A stretch of DNA of 63,854 bases, counting the filler, from Mustelus asterias (taxonomy: Eukaryota), in the NCBI RefSeq assembly GCF_964213995.1. It is 5 parts of 5 records of this genome, joined end to end, with 100 filler letters (N's around TTAATTAATTAA, not from the genome) between each part and the next. Parts side by side here need not be neighbours in the genome. Positions count along the whole stretch, not along the records: positions 1 to 22,607 come from NW_027590904.1; 4 more parts are not named here. One strand, written 5' to 3'. The translations under genes were made by a program, and so were the position numbers. This document shows positions 1 to 13,075 of the stretch, in pieces. Position 1 is the stretch's first letter. Every line of letters begins with the position of its first letter. A model generated the notes under the pieces. That model searched no databases and had not been told where the DNA came from. It was given only the letters and a program-made list of their open reading frames with translations.

Positions 1-600
1 AAAATATGTTGATGTCCCCAATCCCTCAGTCCCATGAGATCAGTGTAAAGACACAAAAATGAAAATAATTAAAAGTAAAAGAAAATCATATATCTACCTT
101 GAACAGCGGGAATTTCTGGAAAATTCTCAATGTTCTGCTCCTCATTAAAAACTTATACCTGATGTACAACGTGTTCTGTTGTCCATCATAATCTGGTTTC
201 GATTATTTAACAGTCCCTCTCATAACTGCCAATGAGTGAAGAAATGACCAGTTCATAACCTGGTTCAGTGAAAGATAAAATATTTATTCTTGTGATATTG
301 TGCATTATGCCGCAAAGTCCTGATGTCCTGTGTTCCCAATACCAGCTGCTGGCCAATAAAATGAACTGTCATGACTTGGATGCTGAAGGAGAACTTTCCC
401 GATTGCCGTGTCCGTTCTAATTCATTCGCTTCTTTGTCAAAAGTCAATGTCAATTTTATGTTTCTCTGTCAACTCAATGCTTAATTGTAAGTCAAGAAGT
501 TTCCTTTCACCGTTAATTTTCACAGGGTTAAGGAGCTGTTGGGGAAATATAAGGTGTAACATTGTATCAGATAAGGAGTTTATTTTGTTAATTTATTCGT

Positions 601-897
601 GGGCGGCAAGGTGGCATAGTGGTTACCATTGCTGCTTCACAGCATCAGGGACCGTGGTTCAATTCCCGGAATGGGTCACTGTCTGTGTGTAGTCTGCACA
701 TTCTCCAATTGTCTGCCTGTTTTCTCCCATGGTCCAAAGATATGCCGATTAGGTTGATTGGCGATGATGAATTGTCCCATAGAATCAAGTGAATTAGCAG
801 GGAATATATGAATTAGCAGGGATGGGAATAGGGCCTGGGTGGGAGCGTTGTCGCTGCGGGCCCGATATGCTCCTTCTGCTCTGCAGGGATTCTATGG
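601..897 (+). mobile_element. tRNA-derived HE1-like shark SINE, degenerate
   Basis: GGTGGCATAGTGGTTA A-box head, GGTTCAATTCC B-box, 3' tail ...GGGATTCTATG. Confidence 0.75.
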
Positions 898-1225
898 ACA
901 TGGGTGCCGCTGGCTGATCAGCATTTATTGCCCACCCATTGTCGAGGGCAGTTGAGAGCTAAATACATTGCTGTGGCTCTGCAATCACATGTAGGCTCGA
1001 TGAGGTAAGGACGGCATATTTCCTGCTCTAAAGGACATTAATGAACAAGATAGGTTTTTACACAATCGACAGTGATATCATGGTCATAAGTAGATTCTTA
1101 ATTCCAGATGTTTTTACTGAATTTAAATTCCATCATCTGCCGTGGCGAGATTCGAAGCCGGGTCCTGAGAACATTAGTTGAGTTTGTGGATTAATTGTCT
1201 AGCGATAATAACACTAGGCCACTGC
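897..1225 (-). mobile_element. Second SINE family (SacSINE1/DeuSINE-like)
   Basis: Reverse-complement similarity to the fuller copy at 38075-38432 (CTTACCT, CATGTGA, GAATTAAGAATCTACT, CTAGTGTTATTATCGCTAGA); family name is from recall. Confidence 0.6.
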
Positions 1226-1464
1226 TTCTCTTCTTCTTATTTCCAGTCCCAAATTACAGTGATAGCTATCCACACCTGAAACACAATCATCCCAGCATTA
1301 AATTACATAAATCGATAATCATTCTTCCAATGAATTATATTTCGCTGTAATGTATTAGAGACACAGAATTATTGCAAATCAGACTGACGTCTTTACCCTG
1401 ATAAGGTAATGTCATCTGTTTATGTCCATTCCCTTGTGAAGAGGTGCAGAAATAAAGGCACTTA

Positions 1465-1732
1465 ATTAGTACACAGTGTAAATTATTGTTTCTTGCGCAC
1501 TATACAGTCAGAGCATAACGTATATAGGGAAGGAAGGGAGAGAGTGAATAATGTAAATTTTGCAGTCATAGCTGGGGTGTAGAGAAAGATGAACTTAATG
1601 CGACGGAGGTCCATTCAAACGTCTGATTGCAGCAGGAAATAAATTGCTTTTGAGTCGGTTTATACGTGTCCTCAGACTTTTGTACCTTGTTCCCGATGGG
1701 AAAAGGTGAGAGAGTATGTCCGAAGTGCGTGG
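1465..1732 (-). mobile_element. LINE 3' end fragment (Rex1/Babar-like) occupying the place of the pseudo-VH promoter and leader exon
   Basis: Colinear similarity to 35960-36230, which encodes ...RYKSLRSRTNRLKNSFFPAAVRPLN, typical of a Rex1-type RT C-terminus. Confidence 0.6.
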
Positions 1733-1768
1733 CGTTTTATTTTCATAGGATTTTAGATATTTTTACAA

Positions 1769-2285
1769 GTGTCGAATCGGAGGTTGCGTTGAGTCAGCGA
1801 GAGGCAGAAACTGGGCGCCCCTAAAACTCTTTGAGACTGACCTGCAAAGCCAACGCGTTCAATGTTGGCAGTGACTGGATGGTCTGGGTCCGACAGGTCC
1901 CTGAACAGTGTTTACAGTGTCTTCCTCAGCACGATAGTCTTGGGTCAGCCTACAATTCCTCCGCCCCAGGGATTCAGAATCAATTTACCCAACCAAAGAC
2001 ACTTCAAACAACGGAAAGAGAAAATGCTGGAAAATCTCAGCAAGTCTGGCAGCATCTGGAAGTAGAGAGAAGAACTGACTTTTCGATTCCAGATGACCCT
2101 TTGTCAAAACATTCGAAATGTCAGCTATTTTCTCTCCTCAGATATTGCCAGGCCTGCTGAGATTTTCCAGCATTTTCTCTTTTGGTTTCAATTCCAGAAT
2201 CCGTAGTAATTTGCTTTTATACTTTAAACGACATCGTCTCTTTGGAAATAACTGAAAACAGAAGATTCCTATCTTTACCCTGTCT
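1769..2285 (+). pseudogene. IGHV: IgH variable (VH) pseudogene
   Basis: Reads [43 protein letters not shown]...KDTSN[insert]..LEI..KTED. Acceptor mutated (CAA for CAG), TAA at 1822-1824, FR3 insertion, degraded YYC, no RSS or leader. Confidence 0.88.
2013..2220. mobile_element. Short foldback insertion (Penelope-like or MITE-like) in pseudo-VH FR3
   Basis: Inverted arms AAAGAGAAAATGCTGGAAAATCTCAGCA / TGCTGAGATTTTCCAGCATTTTCTCTTT; 12-bp target duplication ACTTCAAACAAC (2001-2012) / ACTTTAAACGAC (2221-2232). Confidence 0.75.
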
Positions 2286-2965
2286 GTTCTGCATAGACTC
2301 CAATTCCACTATGATGAAAATGACTCTGAGCCACTACTGAAATTGCCGGTCAGGCCAGTCAGTTGTATCAAAGCTGCTATGGAAAAACAAATAATAAAAT
2401 CATCCCGAGGGCAGGTTTCAACAAGGTGGTTCACAACCGCCTTCTCAGCAGGGACAACTAAATGTTGGCTTTGTCAGTGATGCTCACATCCAGAGGATCA
2501 ATAACAACAGTGTAAAGTGCTGCCGATTCTGGAAATCTAAAACTAAAGCAACACAAATGCTACTGAGCAGGTCAGTGTGCATCAGCAGATAGAGAACCAG
2601 ATTCACATTTAAAATCGATGCCAGGATGCAAAATCTCATTGATATAATTCTAAAGAGCAAAGCTGTTCTCCCCAATATCCTACCTTAATACTGATTCTTC
2701 AAACAAAATCACAAATTTACTGGCAATTTATCACATCTCGGTTTGTGGGAGTTTGTTGTACGTACATTACCTGGTGTATTTGCAATATGATAGCAGTGAC
2801 TAAATTCAGCAAAGGTACATTAGTGAGTTTTAAGAACTTTGGGACTACATGAAGTCCGGTAAAGCGTTTTATAAATGTAAGCTCTACCAAAATGAAAGTT
2901 GTAATACGTTGGAAGTGCTGAGAGATTAATGCGAATATATTCATTCCTCTGCTGATCATAGCAGC

Positions 2966-3440
2966 ATAGAATCATAGAATCCAGTGCAGTGCAGTAGGAG
3001 GCCATTCGGTCCATCAAGTCTGCAGCTGCTCTCCAGCAGAGCATCCTATCCAGGCCCAGCCTTCACCCTATCCCGACAACCTCACATATTCAGAGGCTAA
3101 TGTCTCTAACCCACACATCGTTGGACACTAAGGGGCAATTTAGAATCGCCAATCCACCTTGGGCCTGGGAATGATGCCCTGCAGGACAGCTAGTGCAGAC
3201 TTGATGGACCGAATGGTCTCCTTCTGCACTGTAGGGATTCTGTGATTCTCCGTTGCTCATCCTTGGACTCAAAGGAGCAATTTATCATACCAATCCACCT
3301 CGCCCGTACATCCTTGGACTGTGGAAGGAAACCGGAGCACCGGAGGAAACTCACATGGACATGGTCGAATGTTAAAAACCACACACAGTCACCCAAGTTT
3401 GGAATCGAACCCGCTTCCCTGTCACTGTGAGGCAGCAATG
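2966..3440 (-). mobile_element. HE1-like SINE(s), rearranged or nested
   Basis: Reverse-strand core GACTGTGGAAGGAAACCGGAGCAC..GGAATCGAACCC..GTGAGGCAGCA and tail CATAGAATCATAGAAT. Confidence 0.7.
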
Positions 3441-4329
3441 CTACTTGTATCACTTAGTGATAACCACACTGGATTTTTTATTCTCCCCTCGTGTGAGTCT
3501 GATCACTAATTATGACAGGAATATTTCAAACATCAGTTCTCTTTGTTTTAACTTGTCTAGTTGAAGCAATTTAGATCATCAATCAAATTAACATTCAGTG
3601 GAATACCAGCCTGCTCACAGATACTTTATTTATTGTGACATCAGAACTTTCAGAACAAATTCTTAAATAGAATGTATTTATTCATTTAATTAAATAGCAT
3701 CTGGTGTAATGTATGTTAAAAAATATTTCTATTCATTTTGAACCAACTGTTAATATTCTTAAAATAACCGCTATTTTGAGTTGAAACGAATGAATAAGTG
3801 ACGGTTTATCTGTTTTTGCTGCCATGAACATTTCATTGTAAACAGTGAGGTATTTATGTAAATAAACACAGAAATAGAAATCCCAGATTAGATTGTTGAC
3901 TGACGAAAACAAAACAAATATTTCCCCACCAACACAGCACAGAAATAGAGACAAACATGCAAATCGATCAACGGATTCCAGAAATGATTGTTTTTATACT
4001 TTAGTTATTCATCGATTATATGAGGGAAAAAATCATGACAATATCTATGTTCAGAATTAGGAAATAATCCATCTGATCCCGAAATGTGATAACACGGCAA
4101 ATGTGTTCGTGGAAATTCCCTGTGTTTCATCTCTCTCTCTCTGTCTTTCTCCTTCTGGTTCTGTGTCTTGTCTCTTCACGATAGTTCATCGTCTTCCTTC
4201 CACAACCTGAATTCAATGTTGCCTAATGTATTCTCTCAGCCAGAGTTGCAAGGAATGCAACGCAATGAATTGGAATCCATGAGGGAGATTTAATCTAAAA
4301 GATCTCTTGAGCATTCTATGATCTTGGGA

Positions 4330-4910
4330 TATTTTATACATTTTCCTCTGTATCTAACCTGTGTTGTACCTCGTAACAATGATTCGATGTGGCAGTACCA
4401 AAGAAATTTTCCCTGTATTTATCCCTGCCCTTGGACTGTTTGACTGGACAGTGTAGAGGAATATTTAGTCTGCATCTAAACTCACGTACCTGCCCTTTGA
4501 ATATTTGATATTACTTGTAAAGGGAGATTTAATCCGGATCTAATCTCTGCTGTACCTGACCTGGGTGTATTTTATGGGACTGTGTCGAGGGATCTTCCCC
4601 CTCTACCGAACACCAATTCAAACTTGCCTCCCGATTCTCTGAAGGAAAAATGCAGAAGTGGTTTTACCTAGAAGAGAGTCCCTGGTCTGTATGCCTTCAT
4701 TGTGTTTGAGCAGACTTTGTAGAGGGAGTTTCACTCTCTTTCTAGACAGTCTCCCTTTTCCAGGAATGTTTTATTTTGATAGTGAGAGGGAGGTTCACTT
4801 TGTATCTAAATCATGCTATTCCTGACTTGGGAGTGTTAAATTTGGCAATGCATGGGGGAACTTTACAGCTAACCCCATGTTACTCCTGTCCTGTGAATGT
4901 TTGATGGGGC
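4330..4910. repeat. Degenerate ~60-bp tandem repeat
   Basis: Recurrent TGTATCTAA..TGTACCTG.CCTGGG..TGTTTGATGG.AC.GTGTAGAGGGA motif. Confidence 0.6.
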
Positions 4911-5619
4911 AGTAGGCCGTCTCTCCAGATTTCATGGGGATTGAACCAGTCTCTTTATTAGACAGTAAATTTACCCTGTGCCAGCTTCTATTATATAAGG
5001 TCATGCCTCGGTTTATGTTGCACTCGACCCTATCTCTACACATAATAAACGAGATGCTTTCTCTGATTATACTAAATTAGACCTTGTCCCTGTTTATATT
5101 ATGCATCAACATGTTTCAGTTTATATCAAACTAGACGCTGTATCGGTTTGTATTAATTTAGACCTGTCTGTTTGTATTAAACTAGATGGAGTCTTATTTC
5201 TGCACTTGACCCTATCCACGTTTATATTGCATTGGACCTGGTCTCAGTTTTTACTGCACTGGACAATGCCAGTAATGAGGAAAGTGTTTAGGGGGACACA
5301 ATTCTCTGCATCCTCTTAAACAAGGAAAAGAAGCAGTGTTATCTGAAATCTACTTCTGCTGACTGCATTGAAAATGGTTACTAAGACCTGTATAGCATGC
5401 ACTGTCAACACAGAACAAAGAACAAGAAAAGTTACTGCTGTGGAACAGGCCCTTCGGCACTGGAAGCCCGCACCGACCAAATACTGTCGATCCAATACTG
5501 CCTGTTTCAGAATCCTGCCAGAGACCACTGTTTTTCATCCAACATAATATCTCTTCTTCTCGTAGAACCGCGGAGAAATGCAGACATCATTCAAATAGAG
5601 GCAAAGTTAAGTGCAGGCA

Positions 5620-6640
5620 TAACACTAACACAGTCTCGTGAAATATGTACAGGGTCAGGATCAAATATGACTTAACCAGAGAGTATGGCTAGTGTAATAT
5701 AAGCTGATTTCTAGTCTAGCAGTGTATTAACAGAGACAGACTCTAATTTAACGTAAACTGGGTCCTGATCCAGCAAAATAGAAATGGGTTTCTTTCCGAG
5801 TGCCATGTGGGGACGGTCAAAGGCCAAATGCTGATCTTTTCAGTGACACCCACATCCCATGAAACAAACATTACAAATATATATGACAACGTCGAGGAAA
5901 ATAAAACTGAGACAGTGTCTAGTGCAGTTTTACTGGACATAGGAGCTTATGCATATAAACTGAGACAGAGCCCAGTAATTAATGATACAGGACCTAAATT
6001 TCTTTAGAGTGAGACGGAGTCAAGTGCATTAGTAATAATTACTAATAGATACAGGACAGTGACAGATGTAAACTGAGACAGAGTCCAGTGTATTAGTAAT
6101 GATTACTGATAAAGTACCTAGACCGATGTAAACTGAGACAGAGCCCCGTTTATTTGTAATAATTACTGGTACAGGGCCGAGACTGATACGTACTGAGATA
6201 CGGACAATGCAGCAATTAGGAGGTATTGCAAAATGCAATTATAGCTCAGACGTGATATTGTCTTAAATAAATAAATGCATGGACTGGTGCAGCATTAACG
6301 CAAACAGGATCGAGTTTCTCAAAATCTAACGAACTATTAGCATAATAACTGTGACAGATACATGTGTCATGTATGAAGCAGTTGCTCCAGTTTAGTATGC
6401 AGTGGCAAATGTTCTGAGGCAGTAAGAATTGAGACACGGCCTCTTGTCGGATCAGCAGAAGCATGGCTCAGTACAGCCATAACTTAGAAATTATAATATA
6501 AACAGGGCCTGTGTCTCATATACGAACACCTGATATTGAACCAAGTGCAGGAAAAAGCTTAGACATGACCTCCTGGAATGTGATCCAGGCGCAGCCTACT
6601 GTAATATAGACAGACGCAGAGGCTAGCTGAATATAGGCAG
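5620..6640. repeat. Degenerate satellite (~20-bp subunits, 60-bp period); oppositely oriented arm at ~4990-5265
   Basis: GATGTAAACTGAGACAGAG at 6065 and 6125, a related copy at 6185; reverse-oriented CTGGTCTCAGTTTTTACTGCACTGGAC near 5240. Confidence 0.55.
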
Positions 6641-6659
6641 ATATATGGTCTGTTTAAAA

Positions 6660-7545
6660 TTGTTTCATGTGATTTTGATGTCACTGGGAAAGTCAGCTTT
6701 TGTTGTCAAACCATGAATTCCTTTGAGAATATGGCGGCAGGCTTTGGGAAGCTGGTGGGTGGGGTGTTCTTCGAGCCAGCTACTTTGTCTAGAATGACAT
6801 TGAGCTTTTGAGTGGCACAAGTCAGGCAAGTAGAGATTATTCAATCATTTGTGTCGGCACATACTTGGTGGGCCGAAGGGCCTGTTCCTGTGCTTGACTG
6901 TTCTGTGATATTTGTTCACACTCCTGTCTTTTGCCTTGTAGATGATGGATAGGAGTTGGGAATTCAGGAGGTGCGTTGTTCACAGCAGAACTCCGAGCGT
7001 CTGACCTGCTCCTGTGGCCACGTGATTTAAACGTCTGTCTCTGTTCAGATTTTCACGAATTATAATTCCCAGGATGTTGATGGTGGGCGAATTCAGCGAT
7101 GGGTAATGCCAGTTAATGTCATGGGGAGTGGTTTGGAATCTCCCTCATTGGAGACTGTCATTGCCTGCCACTTGTGGTGCATTAATGTTCCCTGCCATTC
7201 ATTAGCCAAAGACTGAATGTTTTCTAAGTCTTACTGCATATGGGCACAGACTGTGTCAGTAACTGAGGAGTCGCAACTGGTGCGGAACTTTGTGCAATCA
7301 CCTGTGAAAATCCCACTTCTGAACTTTGATGAAGGCTGAAGCTTGGGGCTAGGTCACTACCTGAAGAATTCCTGCAGCAATGCGTGTGACTGGCATGATT
7401 GGCCATCAACAACCATCTTCCTTTGTGCTCAGCATGACTCAGGCAGTCGACTCTGTTCCCCCTGATTCCCATTGACTGCAGTTTCGCTCGGGCTCCTTGA
7501 TGCCACAAACGGTCAGACGCTGTGTCGATGTCAAGGGCAGGCACT
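6660..7545 (-). mobile_element. Degenerate CR1/L2-like LINE RT fragment
   Basis: Minus-strand translation ALDIDTASDRLWHQGARAKLQSMGIRG resembles the non-LTR RT motif ALDIKAAFDRVWHQG. Confidence 0.6.
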
Positions 7546-8242
7546 CTCTATTCACCTTTTTAATTTATTTTTAAAAATCTATATTTGGACTCTTTCCAAA
7601 TCATTTCTGGAAGCGAGTGCTCCGTGCAAATTGAGCATCTTGGTGTGTGTTGTGTGAAATACATCGTGTTTTATACAAATTAATTCCACAATGATCACTT
7701 GCATCCTTGCATTTACACCACATGACGGACACACAATAAACACATCCAATTCAGATTGGCTTCCTTTACATATGTCACCTTTTCTAATGATTGAGGAGGC
7801 CAATTTTTGAAAAGTTAGTTCGGCCACAATTGCTGCCCATTACGCTACCATTCGTCATTGTGTGTTATCGTTTTTGTATCATGAATGGACATTAGGAGCT
7901 TTGGTGTAGAGCCAGTTATCACCAAAATCCTGTATTCCTTGCCCTGCTGGCGGTGTTGCATGTCTTAGCGAGATTGACCGAAGTACGTTAAAGATATGGA
8001 CATATACGGAACATCGAGAAGTTGTTGGCTGGAGTAAATCTTCCAATACAATCACTAAACTGCACATCAGATATACCCGGTCTGCAAGCAGATGATGTAT
8101 TTCAAGTGTGACCCCAGCAAAGATCTTTCCCGTGATGTTATGACTGAGATATGCCTGTAGCTGTAACAGTCTCTTCCATCGGTTTACTTTGCAAAAATGT
8201 GTGATAAATTTGAATCATGCATGTCTTATGGAATGATGGGTG

Positions 8243-8540
8243 CCATGGTGGCACAGTGGTTAGCTCTGTTGCCTCACAGTGCCAGGGCCACTGGTTTGGT
8301 TCCCGGCGTGGGTCAGTGTCTGTGCGGAGTCTGTACATTCTCCCCGTTTATGCGTGGATTTCTTCTGGGTGGTCCAGTTTCCTGCACAGTCCGAAAAGGC
8401 ATGCTGGTAATGTGCGCTGGCCAGGCTAAATTCTCCCTCAGTGTACCCGAACAGACGCTACAGTGTGGCGACTCGGGGATTTTCACAGTGACTTCAAAGC
8501 ACTGTTAATGTAAGCCTACTTGTGACATTAATAAATGAAC
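8243..8540 (+). mobile_element. HE1-like SINE, tail type B
   Basis: tRNA-like head GGTGGCACAGTGGTTAGC; tail GTGTACCCGAACAG..TAATGTAAGCCTACTTGTGAC..AATAAAT. Confidence 0.8.
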
Positions 8541-11500
8541 TACAAACCTTAAATCTTCCAGCAAATAAGGAGAATGTCATAAATGTTCAGAAAGATAGTA
8601 ATTATTTTCACTAATGATCGTCCAATCACAGTTTAATAAATGCATTCACCAATTCTCATTCATTCACAAAGATTAGTCTATTTAAAATTACTTTATGGAA
8701 GGTGGGTGACTGTCTAAGCTATAATTTATTTCACATTGCTAAGTGCATTCGGTCAGCTGGTGGTTAGCCGCCACCTTGAACCGTTGCACAACCTGCAGTG
8801 TAGGTACACCCACAGTGCTGTCAGGAAGGGTTCTCATGGATTCCGACCCAGCGACAGTAAAGGAGCGGTAATATATGTCCAAGTCAGGTTTATGAGCGTC
8901 TGGAGGGGAATATCCAGGCGGGGAAATTCCAATTCACCAATTAACATCAATTCATACAGATAAACAATTATTTCACCAATTATATTCAGCATTTTAATAA
9001 ATGCAAAACATGGCGGATACTGGAAACTGAAACAAAAATAAAAAATTCTGAAAATCGCAACAGGTCTGACAGCATCTGTGGTGAGAGAACAGAGTCAAAG
9101 AATCAGGATGACCCTTTTTTTATTTGGAGAAAATTGAAGAGGGCGATGGCATTGGGAAATGATGAGGGTGGAAAGGGATTAGGAAGTTTCTTTAGGATAT
9201 AGTTAGTGATTGAGACGTTGATTAGGTCAGTTAGCATGGATAAGTTGATTATGATATTTGTGATCGGTATGTAAGTTGATGCAGCTCGTGTGTGGCTCGA
9301 AATAGTGCATATAATTAAACAGTGCCTATTTGAACTATTCACATCTCACAAGAAAGTTATGCAGCTTGTCTGACACCTTGTTAGAAACAATGATAATCTC
9401 TCCAACGCATTGGGAACACTCTGCCGAAGCGTCATCCAGACTCGAAACGTTGGGTCCACTCTGTCTCCACAGATGCTGTCAGATCTGCTGAGATTTTCCA
9501 GCATTTTCTGTTTGTTTTCAGTATTTCATTCTATACAATTTTGCTTTGAATAATTTATTGATATTAACATTTCTTGACACTGTATTGACATTTTCGTCGC
9601 CAAGGATAAAAATCTGTCCCAGAATGCAGTGGGAAATTGAATGAATTCAGACTGAGGATCATGAGTCGCTACCCAGCAGTCTCTGCGCTTTAAACTCCTG
9701 ATACATAACTGGTGTGATGATTTCCAAAGTGATGATATAAATTAAACTACCTTGCACCTTATATGATTTTACTGAACTTTTAAATCCCGATTCATTATTA
9801 CACTGTTTTGGGAAATAGTGTAACAGTTGTAGTTGTCCAGTGAGTTTCACAATATATCTGTTGCCACATTATTTAGTTACAGCTTGTTACCTTCACTAAT
9901 TTGGGTGAGGGCATGGTGAGTGATTTGCTGCACATGTTTCAAATATTACAATCCTCCCTCCTCAGCCAAATCATGTTCCCTCTTTCGATCTTGGATATGA
10001 ATATTCAGCATCAGCAGAGAAATGAACCATCCGTGCCGCAGGAAAATCCCCTCTTCTTTTCGTGAGGATCAGTTTGCTAACTCCCTGGAAAATCGGGTTT
10101 GATTTCACCCAGACCCTCTGGAAGTATTGAAGTTATTACACTGACAGAAATGGAATCAAGGAACGGTTTCAATTTATGAACCAGTCAAGTACAAATATGG
10201 GAATGTGGAACAGCATCGTTCAGTACCATTTAACAATGCATCCATCAATCCGTTCACTGATTCCTCAATCAAAATATTCAGGCATCCAACTGATATTCAT
10301 ATCATTCATTCAACGGTCATTCATTCCTGCATCAACACAGTCATTCATTTATTGTTTGCGCAGATGGTGACGTAATATTAATTTAAGTGGCCCAGTGATC
10401 CAGAGGCCCAGGACAATGATGTGGCGACAGGGACTTAAATCGGAGCATTGCAGCTGGTGGAATTTGAATTCAATTAATAAATATGGAACAGATGCTAATG
10501 GCGACCATCGGACCCTCTCTGATTCCCCAATGAGTGAAATCTGCCATCGCTACCTGGTCTCACAAGGATGTGACTCCAGATGGACAGCAAAATAGCTGAC
10601 TCCTTCATATGTTCAGAAGTGGCCTAGAAAACCAGTCAGTTCAAGGGAATTTGGGACAGACAAAAAGTGCCGGTCTTTGCAAACAAACATCCCATGGAAA
10701 GATAAAGGGAAAGAAAATACAAACAAACATGTTCATGTATCGTCTCTCTGAGACATTTCTCAGTTTGCCTGTAATTCTTTCTATCCGTCTATCACAATAT
10801 CCTGATGTGTTGGAAAAATCATCATTGTTGCTAACAGGGTCCCAGAGAAGCTGCATGACTTTCCTTTCATTAGAGATGGGAAAAATTCATCTAGATTTAC
10901 AACTTAAAAAAATTAAAGTGCCTCCAGTACTGTTACTGGGTAGATTTATTTATAAATAGGCCTAATTGACAATGTGAAGGGTTTTAAGTTGGCTTGCAGC
11001 CAAGCGGTCAGTACTGAGGAAACAGATCTTTGTTCTGCTGCACAACACCCCCAGATGCTTCCTGTCAATAACTTTGAGCATTTGACAGCAGCCTGGATTG
11101 CTGCCAAATACTGTGTGGGACAGATTAGCGTGAACCTAAATGGACAAAATGCGATTCAGCATTTAAACAATAAATGTTTCATTCCCACAAGAAAGACACA
11201 TTTTAAATCGTAATCATTCTAATCAAATATTTTCATTCAATGTCCTGTTCATTATGTGAGTAAATAGTATCGCAAAACAATAAAGTGACCAGATGCCTTT
11301 TCATTTGTATAACTTCCAAGTAAATGCCATTCCACTAATTAAAGTCTGTTTATTAACCACTTCATGAAATGCGAGACAGAGATGTTGATGGTCCCAATTC
11401 CCCAGTCAATTGAAATCAGTGCAATGGCATAAAATGCATCGAAATAATATTAAGGGAACATCATAAAACTGACATGAACAGCGGGAATTCCTGGAATATT

Positions 11501-12492
11501 CTGAACGTTCTGTATCGCATTTAAACAGCAGCGTCTCTTGTACCTGATTAACACCCTATTCTATTGTACAGTATAATCTGATTCCTGTTATTGAAGAGTT
11601 CCAATCATAGCTGCCAATAAGTGGAGAAATGATCAGTTCATAACCTGATTCAATGGAAGATAAAACATTTATTCTTGTGATATTGTGCAATGTGCCGCAA
11701 AGCCCTGATATCTTGTGTTCGCAATACCAGCGAATGTTAGACAGCCGGTGGCCGATAGAGTGACCTGCAATGATCTGGATGCTGAAGGAGAACTTTAATG
11801 ATCTCCGTGTCCGTTCCATTCATTAACTTCTCTGTCAAAAGTCGAGGTTAATTTTATGTTTCTCTGTCAACTCACTATTTAATTATCAGGAGGGCAGGAT
11901 TCTTATCATTTTCAAAGGGCTGTCTTCGAGATTGGGGCAGTTTGACAAATATAAGGAGAAACATTGTATTGTGTGAGAGTTTCTTCTCATCTCCAAACCC
12001 AAATTGTACAGTGATAGCCATCCGCACTGTAAATGCAATCACTTTGTTCATACCCCCTCATTTAGTTACAGGAATCGGTAAAAATTATTCTGATAAATGA
12101 TGTTTTATTATTGTGATGTGACAGAGACCCGGAATTGTTGCAAAATAGACTGACGGTCTCTTTATTTTCCAAAAATGTTATTTCATCATTTTTAGATTTG
12201 TGTTCTTCTTGGGGGCGTGGTAATAAAATCACCATATTTACAATGGAATTAGTTATTTTAAATAAAGAAATGATGAACTGCAATATCACCATCAGAAATA
12301 ATGGAGACAATACAATGAACATAATCAGCCAAACAAATATCCCGATACAGATAAAATGGCCATTTTAATATTAACCTATTGTAAATCTGGGACTCCATTC
12401 TGTTGCGGGTGTGGAAGGTGGGACCTGGATCCTGTCGCCGCCTCCAGCAGGGAATCAACAGGCGGCGCCTGGAAAGCCGCCCCCTTCTGGCG

Positions 12493-12506
12493 GGTATTTA
12501 AATACC
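12493..12506 (+). promoter_or_regulatory. TATA-like element of the IgH V promoter
   Basis: GGTATTTAAATACC palindrome about 90 bp upstream of the leader ATG; no Ig octamer seen nearby. Confidence 0.55.
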
Positions 12507-12593
12507 GCTCACTGGGACCGGAATCCTACAGTCCGGGAGCTGGTTTGTTCACTGAGTTCCTGACACAACTATTTCCCCCAATTTACCAGAAGG

Positions 12594-12639
12594 ATGAGGT
12601 CGGCGATTTCTCTCAGTTTGTTGCTGACTTTCTTATCCG
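12594..12639 (+). CDS. IGHV: IgH (IgM-type) leader exon MRSAISLSLLLTFLS(G)
   Basis: ATG at 12594, hydrophobic signal peptide typical of shark IgM VH, phase-1 donor G|GTGAGT. Confidence 0.92.
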
Positions 12640-12763
12640 GTGAGTAGTTTTTTTTTCATTGTCCAATTCTCTCACTGTTACTGTCTCAGTGTTAGTCCAT
12701 ATTCCAGAGTAAAAAATCATCACACCAGGATTAATCCTCGGGTTTTTTGATCTACTTTTACAG

Positions 12764-13075
12764 GTGTCCAGACGCAGGTTGTGTTGACTCAGCCAGAGGC
12801 AGAGACCGGGCGTCCCGGAGGCTCCCTGAAACTGACCTGTAAAACCAGCGGCTTCGATCTCAGCAGCTACTACATGGGTTGGATCCGGCAGGTTCCCGGG
12901 CAGGGCCTGGAGTGGCTGGTCAGCTACTATACTTCATCCGGCAACTACGCCCCAGCAATTAAGAATCGATTTACTGCGTCCAAAGACATTTCAAAGAGCA
13001 TCTTCGTTTTGGACATGAAGAGCCTGAAGACTGAAGACACCGCCATCTATTACTGTGCATACTACAGCAGTGGGT
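12764..13075 (+). CDS. IGHV: IgM-type VH exon, intact, fused in frame to a D1-like segment (...YYCA-YYSSG)
   Basis: Acceptor TTTTACAG; [52 protein letters not shown]...DTAIYYCA with conserved Cys/Trp/Cys, followed by TACTACAGCAGTGGGT. Confidence 0.95.

Larger units (their letters stand above)
6..1420 (+). repeat. Diverged duplicate of the VH upstream region (paralog of ~11380-12190), interrupted by SINEs at ~600-1225
   Basis: Colinear shared blocks such as GAACAGCGGGAATT, CAGTTCATAACCTG..GATAAAA.ATTTATTCTTGTGATATTGTGCA, GATGCTGAAGGAGAACTTT and ATTTTATGTTTCTCTGTCAACTCA occur in both regions, each upstream of a VH exon. Confidence 0.85.

Noticed and set aside
3957-3964. Ig octamer ATGCAAAT
   Set aside because: Isolated and far from either V promoter; expected by chance in AT-rich DNA
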